Shown: positions 49,650 to 60,091 of the stretch, in pieces | Numbering within the stretch: position 1 is the first letter of the stretch | How the letters are laid out: every line of letters begins with the position of its first letter | From: Carcharhinus amblyrhynchos | Lineage: Eukaryota | Assembly: GCA_965287045.1 (NCBI GenBank) | Contig: OZ336877.1 | Coordinates: 6,448,001-6,512,000, forward strand | Length of the DNA stretch: 64,000 bases | Reading direction: 5' to 3' | The notes under the pieces: model-generated | Databases searched by the model: none | Told to the model about the DNA's origin: nothing | What the model saw: only the letters and a program-made list of their open reading frames with translations | Made by a program: the position numbers and the translations under genes

Positions 49650-50480
49650 CTAGAGGTTTACAGCATGGAAACAGGCCCTTTGGCTCAACTTGTCCATGTC
49701 GCCCTGTTTTTTTAAACCCCTAAACTAATCCCAATTGCCTGCATTTGGCCCATATCCTTCTATACCCATCATACCCATGTAACCAACTAAACACTTTTTA
49801 AAAGATAAAATTGTACCCGCCTCTACTACTACATCTGGCAGCTTGTTCCAGACACTCACCACCCTCTGTGTGAAAAAATTGCCCCTTTGCATACTTCTGT
49901 ATCTCTCCCCCTCATCTTAAAACTATGCCCTCTAGATTTAGACTCCCCTACCTTTGGGAAAAAATATTGAGTATCTACGTTGTCTGTGCCACTCATTATT
50001 TTATAGACCTCTATAAGGTCACCCCTAAGCCTCCTACTCTCCAGAGAAAAAAGTCCCAGTCTATTCAGCCTCTCCTTATAACTCAATCCATCAAGTCCCG
50101 GGAACATCCTAGTAAATAAACAATGATGTTTATCTGGGCTGCACGGTAGCACAGTGGTTAGCACTGCTGCTCCATAGCTCCAGAGACCTGCGTTTGATTC
50201 CTGGCTTGGGTCACCGTCTGTGTGGAGTTTGCACATTCTCCCTGTGTCTGTGTGGGTTTCCTCCGGGTGCTCCGGTTTCCTTCCACAGTCCAAAGATGTG
50301 CAGGTTGGGTTAATTGGCCATGCTAAATTGCCCCTTAGTGTCCTGGGTTGTGTAGGTTAGAGGGATTAGTTGGTAATACATGGGGATAGGGCCTGGGTGG
50401 GATTGTGATTGGTGCAGACACGGTGGGCCAAAACTGTAGGGTTTCTACGATAAATGTTTTCTGCACTCTTTCTAGTTTAA
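49650..50480 (-). mobile_element. CR1 3' fragment interrupted by a + strand HE1 SINE (50137-50445)
   Basis: ERLNRLGLFSLE.RRLRGDLIEVYKIM; the CR1 resumes (KLERVQKTF) beyond the SINE. Confidence 0.87.
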
Positions 50481-50529
50481 TAATACCTAGTGGCCAGAAG
50501 AGGTGTTGCAATTCCATACATCAGCCTGT

Positions 50530-50870
50530 GATGTGGAGATGCCAACGTTGGGCTGGGGTGGGTACAGTAAGAAGTCTCACAACACCAGGTTAAAGTCCTA
50601 CAGGTTTATTTGGAATCATGCACTTTTGGAGCACTGCTCCTTCATCAGGTGAGTGAAGAGATGGGTTCTCAAACACGGCATATATAGACAGAGACACCAT
50701 TGCAAGATAGTGGTTGGAATGCACGTCTTTACAGGTAATCAAGTCTTTACAGGCACAGACAGCATGAGTAGAGAGAACACAGGTTAAAGAGGTGCGAATA
50801 GTCTCAAGACAGGACAATTAATAGGATTTTGCAAGCCCAGGCCAAACGCTGGGGCTTACTTGTAGTGTGC
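50530..50870 (-). mobile_element. Penelope pLTR fragment (hammerhead core mutated)
   Basis: Collinear with 58762-59060; CTGATGA-AGGAGC-AGT-GCTCC-AAAA. Confidence 0.8.
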
Positions 50871-51065
50871 CTCAGCCTTGGGACAGCACTTCTGGTAAGT
50901 AATAGAGGTCCCGGGGGTGGGAGGTTAAGGGATGCCCTGTTCCGATAGGTGCCTGGCAGCCTAAAAATTGAGCCTGGGTATGAAAAACCCTTAAGTGGCC
51001 ACTTAGTGGGGACAAAGGCAGGCTTCCCACCTGTGATACTGCCCTGTGAAATTGAGTCTAGGCCA

Positions 51066-51128
51066 GAGCGGGCAAGATCCTGGCAGGAGTGGGCAAGATC
51101 CCGGCAGGAGCGGGCAAGATCCCAGTGG
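51066..51128. repeat. 21-bp tandem repeat x3 (GAGCGGGCAAGATCCYGGCAG)
   Basis: Directly visible. Confidence 0.8.
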
Positions 51129-52399
51129 GAATCCCATCCATGCAGTTTCCTGATGAACTGCTCCCCCATCATATTCAGGAAAATGACATTGTGCGCAGGC
51201 TAAAGCCTTTCCGCCAGCCAGTCCCACCCATCCTACCTTCGAACAAACACAGCCACTGTTTGACCTGTTTGTTGAGGGTGTAGCTGCTGCTGTTCCTCTC
51301 CCTATCACTGTTCCTCCATCTAAAGCAATGAAGTACAGATTGTACTCATAATAAATTGCGTGTGCTTAATTAGGATGAGCAAGGAAAACAAATCATAGAA
51401 TCGTAGAACCCTACAGTGCAGAAAGAGGTCCTTTGGCCCATGAAAGGTTTATGCCAGAATTTTACCACCCCGCTCTCCACAGGAATTGACGCTGGTGAGG
51501 GGCAGACCATTGGCCTCAGGCAGGATTTTATGGTTTCAGGACGAGCGAGGCCATATTATCCTGCCCATGATAAAACAGTTGCCAGACTCATATAGCTCAA
51601 ATACCCTTTGCCTTTCTAATACGCACAGTTGGCTGCCTGTCCATATGATGTAGGGTCTGCAAATGGTTATCCCTTTAAGCAGTGCTTCCAGTGCGTCCAT
51701 CAGAGTCCGAAGCCAAAACCACAAAATAAACTACAAAATAAACTTGCCTTCAAGTTAACAATGTACCTGCTTCTTTCATACAATCACAACGGACAACCGG
51801 CCTTGGGCACCTAAATAAAGCCAAGAGTTAAAATTTTGAGAGCAATCACATTACAGCAAGAGTGAGGCAAAAAGACAAAGGGCGGAATTCTCCGGCCTCG
51901 CCCACGGCTGGGATTCTCCAGTCCCGCTGCTATGGATGGAGGTGTGACTGAGCAGCCAAAATCTCTGTTCTCATTAGCAACAGGGGCAGGGCATGCAAAA
52001 GCAGAGAATTCTGGCCAAAATCAATCAATTTAACACACCCTCAGCACCCCTACCCTTCTTGCCAGTTGGTGTAGTGCAGGTTAAAGGCTATCCAAGGTGT
52101 AAATAACTGAGTTAATTTTCCAGTTCAGTTGGCAGTTTTTAAATTTACGATGCTTTTGATCTTGGTTCTTGGTTGATGTAGTTGGCATTTAGCAAGCAAT
52201 GAGTGGGGCTCTGCGCATACAAGCAGATATGAATGTTTAGAGTCCCATTCTCCCTTCACAGGCAGCAATGAAAGGCCAGAAGTACAACTTAGATCTGCCA
52301 GTGGTGTACCATATTCCACAGATATCTATAATAAAACTGATCCGTTAAACAACAACTCTCTTCTTGACAAAGTTAATGGATGCGGATACCTTTTCGGTT

Positions 52400-53700
52400 T
52401 CAGTGACAATGTCACTCCAAAGTGGGAGTAGACTCATCCTGCCTTCTACCTATTTGCTGGTAGCATCACATAAGAGGATGGTTTGTATCCTGGTCAACTT
52501 TGTGATCACCTGGTGTGGTTCAGGAGACCCACTGGCACTGCAAGTCTTTGGATGCAGAGGAAGAAAGTATGTGGAGAAGGTGGGTTTTCCCTGAGCCTTC
52601 TTCTTGGTTTTTGGTTTCTGCTCCTCATGCCAGTCCAAATACATGGGCATCAGCGACTGTCTCCCAGTTGTCAGTGTCAATGTCCTCCACCTTCATATCT
52701 TGCTGCGTGTTTCCTTGTGATGGGACCTAAGTGCCCAGGAGACTGTGACCCAATGGCCAGTTCATTGTACAGAAGGTCAGTGGGCATATAATTGTCATCC
52801 ATCCAATGAACATGGTCCAGCCAGCACAGATGTTGTTGGCTTAGTGTATATTGATGGAACTGGCATGCTCCAGGACTTCTGAGTTGGTTTTTCTCTTTTC
52901 ATTCACATGTTTTAAGTCGGTCCACCTCGTGTCCAACGAGGGGCATACACGTGATGGGTCGTACTGGGGCTGCTCTTGGTTGTTCAGGATTGGCCTAGTG
53001 CTTCAGGTCGTTAGTGTGTGCCTAAATTGGACCAGATACTGGGCAAGACGACAGCTCAGTGACTATCGCTGATTGCTGTGCAGACACATGGATTTGGGCC
53101 GGTGTCTGTGGGAGTTTGCGCATTCTCCCCGTGCTTGCGTGGGTTTTCTCCGGGTGCTCCGGTTTCCTCCCACACCCCAAAGATGTGCTGTTAGGCTGAT
53201 TGGCAGGAATAAATTGTCCCTAAATCAGTTTCCCTCAATCTGGATGGCCATAAAACATTAGACCGGGGTCGTGGGGGGAGAGGGGGACTGGTGGTGTTGA
53301 GATGGCGGCGCGGGCTCATTGGGCCGAAGGGCCTGTTTCCCGGGCTGATTTTGTTCTTTGTTCTTTGACCTTGCCCTGGCAAGAAATGCCAAGGATACAT
53401 TTAAGACAGCAAGTATGGAAACTGTCTCCTGCCTCACCAATGGAAAGGAGTGCGCTGAGAATGCAGGCTTGCTTGACTCACAGTTTGGTATCCTCAATCA
53501 GGTCGCTGCTGTTCCACTCTCTCTTACTGAGTGTGGACATAACAGCTGGAGCTTTTGCAATTCAGGTGTTGATTTCAGCATCAAAAGACAGATTGCTGGT
53601 GATTATGGAGATATGTGAATAGAAATGTGAAGCTATCAACAAGCTCCAGGGTCTTATTGTTAATGGTGGTACGGCAACATCCTGGACCACAACATTAGCC
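52400..53700 (-). mobile_element. Decayed RTE-clade LINE 3' fragment, split by the insert at 52890-53367
   Basis: Frameshifted minus translation CCLKCILGI....VTNSEVL, WLDHVHWMDDNYMPTDLLYNEL, DIDTDNWETVA. Confidence 0.65.
52890..53367 (+). mobile_element. Isolated 3' UTR of the V-domain-bearing CR1 (copy B)
   Basis: Close match to 35315-35795 (reverse complement); ends in (TTCTTTG)n. Confidence 0.88.
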
Positions 53701-54189
53701 TTCCTGAAAATCAGACCAGATGTCAAACAGCTGTCGAATCACTATTAGCGTTTTTTACACGATCTCACGATGTAAAAACTGCCTCCAATTTGTCCGAGTA
53801 CATTCCCATAATCATTTACCTCATTGTCCCCTGTGAGAGTAACAGCGTATTTTTAGTGTTTGTCTGTAGTTTTTCTAAAACAATAAGGTGAGATTTTAAA
53901 TGCAGGCACTAGTTCAAATTTTAATAACGTATATCGTTCAACATCTGCGAGACAAAGGTAGGTTACTGTCACATGCTTCCTCTTCATTTTGATGAAGATT
54001 TGGATTTTTTTCATTGTTACAGTTTTAGCTCCATAGTTGATGAGTCTCCTTCACCCACCCATCACCCCCACTCCCCCTCCCCTTCACCCTCCCCTTTGGA
54101 AAATGAAGAATTTGATGGCTACAGTTGGGGTTGTGGTGAAAGGCTTCTAAAACCTGCAGCTAGACATTTCAATATTACCCTGCATTTAT

Positions 54190-54557
54190 TGAATCATAGA
54201 TTTGAATCATAGAACCCCGGCAGTACGGAAGAAGCCATTTGGTCCATCGAGGGTTCACCAACCCTCTGACAGAGTATTTTACCCAGGCCCACCCTACCCC
54301 TGTAAGCCCTCACATTTCTCATGGCCAACACATCTAACCTACACAACTTGGGACATTAAGGGACAATTTGTCATGGCCAATCCACCTAACCTGCACATCT
54401 TTGGACTGTGGGAGGAAACCGGAGCACCCGGATGAAACCCACGCAGACACGGGGAGAATGTGCAAACTCCACACAGACAGTGACCCAAGGCCGGAATTGA
54501 ACCCGGATCCCTGGAGCTGTGAGGCAGCAGTGTTAAAAATTGTGCCACTGTGCCACC
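54190..54557 (-). mobile_element. HE1 SINE
   Basis: Head, V-domain and tail on the minus strand. Confidence 0.88.
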
Positions 54558-55119
54558 AACACACCGAGAAATTCTGATAGTTTAATACGATGGGGGGTCA
54601 ATTCTCCTCTCCCACTGCAGGGATGGTGAGCTTTCTACTTATCAGATGGAGTCTGAGCCACTAGAACAGACCCTTGACCTTCCACGCATTCATGTGCTCC
54701 TATTATTGCAATATTGCACTGCTCTCCATGAAGTTCACCAGGTGAGCAGGGTGTATACCGGGGTCAGGGTCCAGGTATCCAACGAGGACAGTCAGATACC
54801 AACCAAAGTCCTAAAAAATCAATGTCATGCAGGAACAAAAAAATTATCATAAAGTCTAACAAAATAACCGCTGCTGAACCGAGTTCACCTCAGCAAAGTT
54901 GAACTTTCCTTTAAATCTGTGATCTCTGCTGATATCACCTCATCCCCATTCGTCATCAAACTCAGCTTCAGCTAGCAAATGTTCCTAAACTGATTACCAA
55001 TAATTTACACCATATTTAGCCAGAGGTGCTGCTACATCATCATCTTATCTCTAAAACTAACTTTTCTATAAATCCGATTTCTTTAGCCTTGATATGCCCA
55101 TTAGAATTGATTTCATTGA

Positions 55120-55416
55120 AACATAGAATCCCCACAGTGCAGAAGGAGGCCATTAGGCCCATCAGGTCTGCATCGACCACAATCCCATCTAGGCCCCACT
55201 CCCACAAACCCACATATCTAACCTGCCAATCCCCTGACACTGGGGACAATTTAGCATGGCCGATCGACCTAATCATCATCTTTGGGCCGTGGGAGGAAAC
55301 CGGTGCACCCGAAGGAAACCCACAGAGACACGGGGAGAACATGCAAACTCCATACAGATAGTGACCCGAGGCCAGAATTGAACCCGGGTCCTTTGCGCCG
55401 TGAGGCAACAGTGCTA
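55120..55416 (-). mobile_element. HE1 SINE; its 5' end abuts a young CR1 tail
   Basis: V-domain and tail on the minus strand. Confidence 0.85.
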
Positions 55417-55818
55417 ATAAGAACATAAGAACATAAGAAATAGGAGCAGGAGTAGGCCATCTAGCCCTTCGAGCCTGCCCCGCCATTCAATAAGATCATG
55501 GCTGATCTGAAGTGGATCAGTTCCACATTCCCGCCCTCTCCCCATAACCCTTAATTCCCCTGTCTATCAAAAACCTATCAACCCGCATCTTAAATATATT
55601 TAGCGAGGCAGCCTACACCACTTCAACGGGCAGAGAATTCCAGAGATTCACCACCATTTGAGTGAAGAAGTTCCTCCTCAACTCCGTTCTAAACCGCCCC
55701 CCCCCCTTTATCTTGAGGCTGTGCCCTCTAGTCCTACTGTCCTTTCTGAGTGGGAAGAGCCTCTCCACCTCTATCCTACCCATCCCATTCATCATCTTAT
55801 ATGTCTCAATGAGATCTC
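55417..55818 (-). mobile_element. Young CR1 3' fragment (same subfamily as 24765-25758)
   Basis: Near-identical to 24765-25165; GTGCCA at 55822-55836 may be the displaced remainder of the HE1 head. Confidence 0.92.
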
Positions 55819-56323
55819 CACCGTGCCAGCGTGCCACCCCACAGTGGCAAAGCAAAGACACTTCATAGCCGTGCATGAAGGAAGTAAGCTGGCCGTTACA
55901 TTTTTTTTGTCTGCTAGAATGGTGAAAAATCCTAAACCAGGCAAGGTGTCAATCACCCATTTTGGACCCCTGATCCTGAGTTCCTTTCCAAAGTCAGGAC
56001 ATTTACATATTTTGTGTACAGACAAGCCCCGAAACAGAGTCATGTTAATGTTATTCACCGACCTCAGTTAAATTTCTTTCCCATGCCAAATATCCTAACT
56101 TCAGACAAGGCTTCACAATTCAAACTTCAACAGGCCATATGGTTTCTTCAATAGAAATGACAGTTTTTTTCTGGTTGAAGTTTATTTTCACTTATATTTT
56201 TGTTTCATATTTTAATTAGTTTTGCAAGGTAGTCTGCTATTTTTGTGTTTTTGCCCCTGCCAATGCTTTCCATCAATGTCCCTTGCTGTGACTGGTATTG
56301 AAAATTCCGCTGTACTAAGTAAT

Positions 56324-56578
56324 TGTAACGACTTTAATCAGGCAATTGAGGTTGCCCTGTTAGAGTATGAACTCAGTAAAAAGTCTGACAACACCATACG
56401 AACTCCCTGATTGAGGACCAAATTAATGGGCCAGTCAGGGAGCCTCTTGCTTTGTACTAAACCAGGAGTGTCAGTTCCTCTGGGACTCCTCGTGTAGACT
56501 GCTCACGGAAGGCGCTCTGTACGCTCTGTAAATAAAGGGATTTTGGTCAAGGGACTTCTGCTCCGAGGACATATTACA
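56324..56578 (+). mobile_element. Probable LTR
   Basis: TGTAA...TTACA termini with internal AATAAA; no clear TSD. Confidence 0.45.
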
Positions 56579-56974
56579 CTGGTGAAGGCGGGACTTTCTT
56601 GCCTTGCTGCAAACAAGCTGCATGTGGGGCCCACAAACGCAGCAGCAATTGTGTTTGGTCTTCTCCTGTGGCTGAACTGAAGTGATCAGTCCTTCAATAC
56701 CCGTCTGAGCATCTCTTCAATGCCTCCATTTCACACACGTGGCTGTCATGGTATTATATCCGCGGCAAGACATCCCCCAGGAAACATTTGGAACAGGGTT
56801 GAATCTTTGCAAAGAGAGAAAGTTACCACATTGTGGCATTTTGTACCACCACATCCTTCCACCTGACAACATGGAACATCCGCCAAATCAGGAAGTCTGC
56901 AGTAATGAGCAGATATTAGACTCACAGAGTCACAGGCTTTTACAGCACAAAGAGAGGCCATTTGTTTGTTTTTT

Positions 56975-58752
56975 TTATTATTGTCATATGTATTAACATA
57001 CAATGAAAGGCATTGTTTCTTGCGCTATACAGACAAAACATACCATTCATAGAGAAGGAAAGGAGAGAGTGCAGAATGTAGTGTTACAGTCATAGCTCGG
57101 GTGTAGAGAAAGATCAACTTAATGCAAGGTGAGTCCATTCAAAAGTCTGACAGCAGCAGGGAAGAAGCTGTTCTTGAGTCGGTTGGTATGTGACCTCAGA
57201 CTTTTGCATCTTTTTCCCAAAGGAAGAAGGTGGAAGAGAGAATGTCCGGGGTCTGTGGGGTCCCTAGTATGCTGGCTGCTTTGCTGAGGCAGCGGGAAGT
57301 GTAGACAGAGTCAATAGATGGGAGGTTCGTTTGTGTGATGGATTGGGCTACATTTGTGACCTTTTGTAGTTCCTTGTGGTCTCGGGCAGAGCAGGAGATA
57401 TACCAAGCTGTGATACAACCAGAAAGAATGCTTTCCATGGTGCATCTGTAAAAGTTAGTGAGAGTCGTAGCTGACATGCCAAATTTCCTTAGTCTTCTGA
57501 GAAAGTAGAGGTGTTGGTGGGCTTTCCTAACTATAGTGTCAGCATGGGGGGACCCAGGACAGGTTGTTGGTGATCCGGACACCTAAAAACTTGAAGCTCT
57601 CGACCCTTTCTACTTCATCCCTGTTGATGTAGTCAGGGGCATGTTCTCCTTTACGCTTCCTGAAGTCGATGACAATCTCTTTTGTTTTGTTGACATTGAG
57701 GGGGAGATTATTGTTTCCGCACCAGTTCACCAGATCCTGTATCTCATTCCTGTACTCTGTCTCGTCATTGATACACCTCTGACCCACTACGGTGGTGTCA
57801 TCAGCAAACTTGAAAATCGTATTGGAGGGGAATTTGGCCACACAGTCATAGTGTATAAGGAGTATAGTAGGGGGCTGAGAACACAGCCTTGTGGGGCACC
57901 AGTTTTGAGGATGATCGTGGAGGAGGTGTTGTTGCCGATCCTTACTGACTGTGGTCTGTGAGTTAGGAAGTTTAGGATCCAGTCACAGAGAGAGGTGTCA
58001 AGGCCTAGACCACAGAGTTTAGAGATGAGTTTTGTGGGAATAATAGTGTTGAGCGCTGAGCTGGAGTCAATAAATAGGAGTCTGATATGGGTGTCCTTGT
58101 TATCTAGGTGTTCCAGGGTTGAGTGCAGGATCAGGAAAATGGCGTCTGCTGTGGACCTGTTGCAGCGACAGGCAACTGTAGTGGATCCAGGCAGTCCGGG
58201 AGGCTGGAATTGACTTGTGCCATGACTAACCTTTCAAAGCACTTCATAAACGATGGACGTCAGAGCCAGTGGCCAATAGTCATTAAGGCACACTGCTTGG
58301 TTTTTCTGAGGTACCGGGATGATGGTCATCTTCTTGAAGCAGATAGGGACCTCATTGTTATAAAGAGAGGTTGAAGATTCTGTGAATACGTCCATCGGCT
58401 GACCCGCGCAGTGCATATCCGGACACCCCATCTGGGCCAGTCACTTTCTGTGGGTTCAAGAAAGCTGCTCTGACATCTGCAATGGAGACCCCAGATACAG
58501 GTTCATCCAGAGCTTCCAGGACGGAGGGCATACTCTCGCTGACCTCTTGCTCAAAACGGGTGTAGAATGCATTGAGCTCATCAGGGAGGGGTGTGCTGGA
58601 GCAGACGATTTTGCACGCCTTCATCTTGTAGCTTATGTCTTGCAGATAGTTGGCAGGGGTCAGTGTAGCTCGCCTGGGACTCTAGCTTAGGCCGGTATTG
58701 TTTTTTGGCATCTTTGATGGATCTCCTTAGATTGTATCTGGCTTTCTTGGAC
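56975..58752 (-). mobile_element. Rex1/Babar LINE RT fragment with 3' end
   Basis: [39 protein letters not shown]...FYRCTMESILSGCITAWY, CLND.RP.ALTS. Confidence 0.9.
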
Positions 58753-58761
58753 AGCAGAGTG

Positions 58762-59360
58762 AGAAGTCTCACAGCACCAGGTTAGAGTCCAACAGGTTTA
58801 TTTGGCAGCACTAGTTTTCAGAGTCTCAGGCTCCTTCATCAGGTGAGTGAGGACTTGTGTTCACTAACAGATCATATACAGACACAGACTCAATTTACAA
58901 GATAATGGTTGGAATGCAAATCTTTACAGGTAATCAAGTCTTAAAGGTACAGACAATGTGAGTGGAGAGAAAGTTAAGCACAGGTTAAAGAGATGTGTAT
59001 TGTCTCCAGCCAGGACAGTTAGTGAGATTTTGCAAGTCCAGGCAAGTCATGGGGGTTACAGATAGTGCGACATGAACCCAAGATCCCAGTTGAGGACATC
59101 CTCACGTGAGCGGAACTTGGTTACCAGTTTCTGCTCAGCGATTCTGCGTTTTGTGTGTCGTGAAGGCCGCCTTGGAGAACGCTTACCTGAAGATCAGAGA
59201 CTGAATGTCCGCGACCGCTGAAGTGTTCTCCGACAGGAAGAGTACACTCCTGCCTGGTGATTATCGAGCGGTGTTCATTCATTCCTGTCGTAGCAGCCGC
59301 ACGGTCTCTCCAGTATGCCATGCCTCGGGACATGGTTTCCTGCAGCGTTTCAGGTGGATG
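58762..59360 (-). mobile_element. Penelope-like element: GIY-YIG C-terminus plus pLTR with hammerhead motif
   Basis: MNEHRSIITRQECTLPVGEHFSGRGHSVSDLQVSVLQGGL; CTGATGA-AGGAGC-CTGAGA-CTCT-GAAA near 58810-58845. Confidence 0.85.
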
Positions 59361-59687
59361 CATTTAAGGGAAGCTAGGTAAGAACGTGAGGGAGAAAGGC
59401 TGGAAGGACATGCTGACAGAGTTAGGTAAAGGAGGGTGGAAGAAAGTTCATTGTGGAGTAGAAATACTGACAACAAATTAGACCGAGTGGCTTGTTTCTG
59501 CCGCGAGGTTTGACTGTGTTTGATTTTAATATGCCCAATTCTTTAATTTAGGATATCCAATTTTATCAACCTTAAAACTAGGCCCTGTTATATTACCACA
59601 CACTGGAGGTCTTGGTGCCAGGTGTGATGAGTAGATAGATCCTCCAGGTGGTGTTTCAGACTAACATTGTGAATGCATTGGGAACAG

Positions 59688-59817
59688 ATTCACCTGACAA
59701 AGGGGCAAACCCTGAAAGTTTGCGAGTTTACTGTCAAATAAATTGGTTGGACGTTAAGCTGGTGTTGTGAGATTTCTTACTGTGTTTATCCCAGTCCAAC
59801 ACCGGCATCTCCACATT
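59688..59817 (+). mobile_element. Penelope pLTR fragment (degenerate hammerhead)
   Basis: CACCTGACAAAGGGGCAAACCCTGAAAG...CCCAGTCCAACACCGGCATCTCCACAT. Confidence 0.75.
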
Positions 59818-60091
59818 GTGATTTGGTTGGTGTAGACTCGATGGGCTGAAAGGCCTCTTTCTCTACTGTGGGGATTCTATGCACTTATTGTTCATTGTTG
59901 CCTGAACCATCAAATCACATTGTAGATAACTCTATAAGTGACTCAGTGTTGGCTCCATTATCAAACCCACTTTGATTGGGCATTTCACAGCACATTGGCA
60001 GGAACAGGGGCAAAAAGAATACACTTCACCAACTTGCTTTCAGTTCAGCATCTTGCATAATGAATCTCTTGGTTCTTTTTGACAAAGTGAT

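Noticed and set aside
52918-52965. Short resemblance (CCACCTCG..ACGAGGG.CAT, CACGTGATGGG) to pestivirus-type IRES sequence as I recall it
   Set aside because: Only short words match, no pseudoknot or downstream ORF is evident, and I cannot verify it without an Rfam search.
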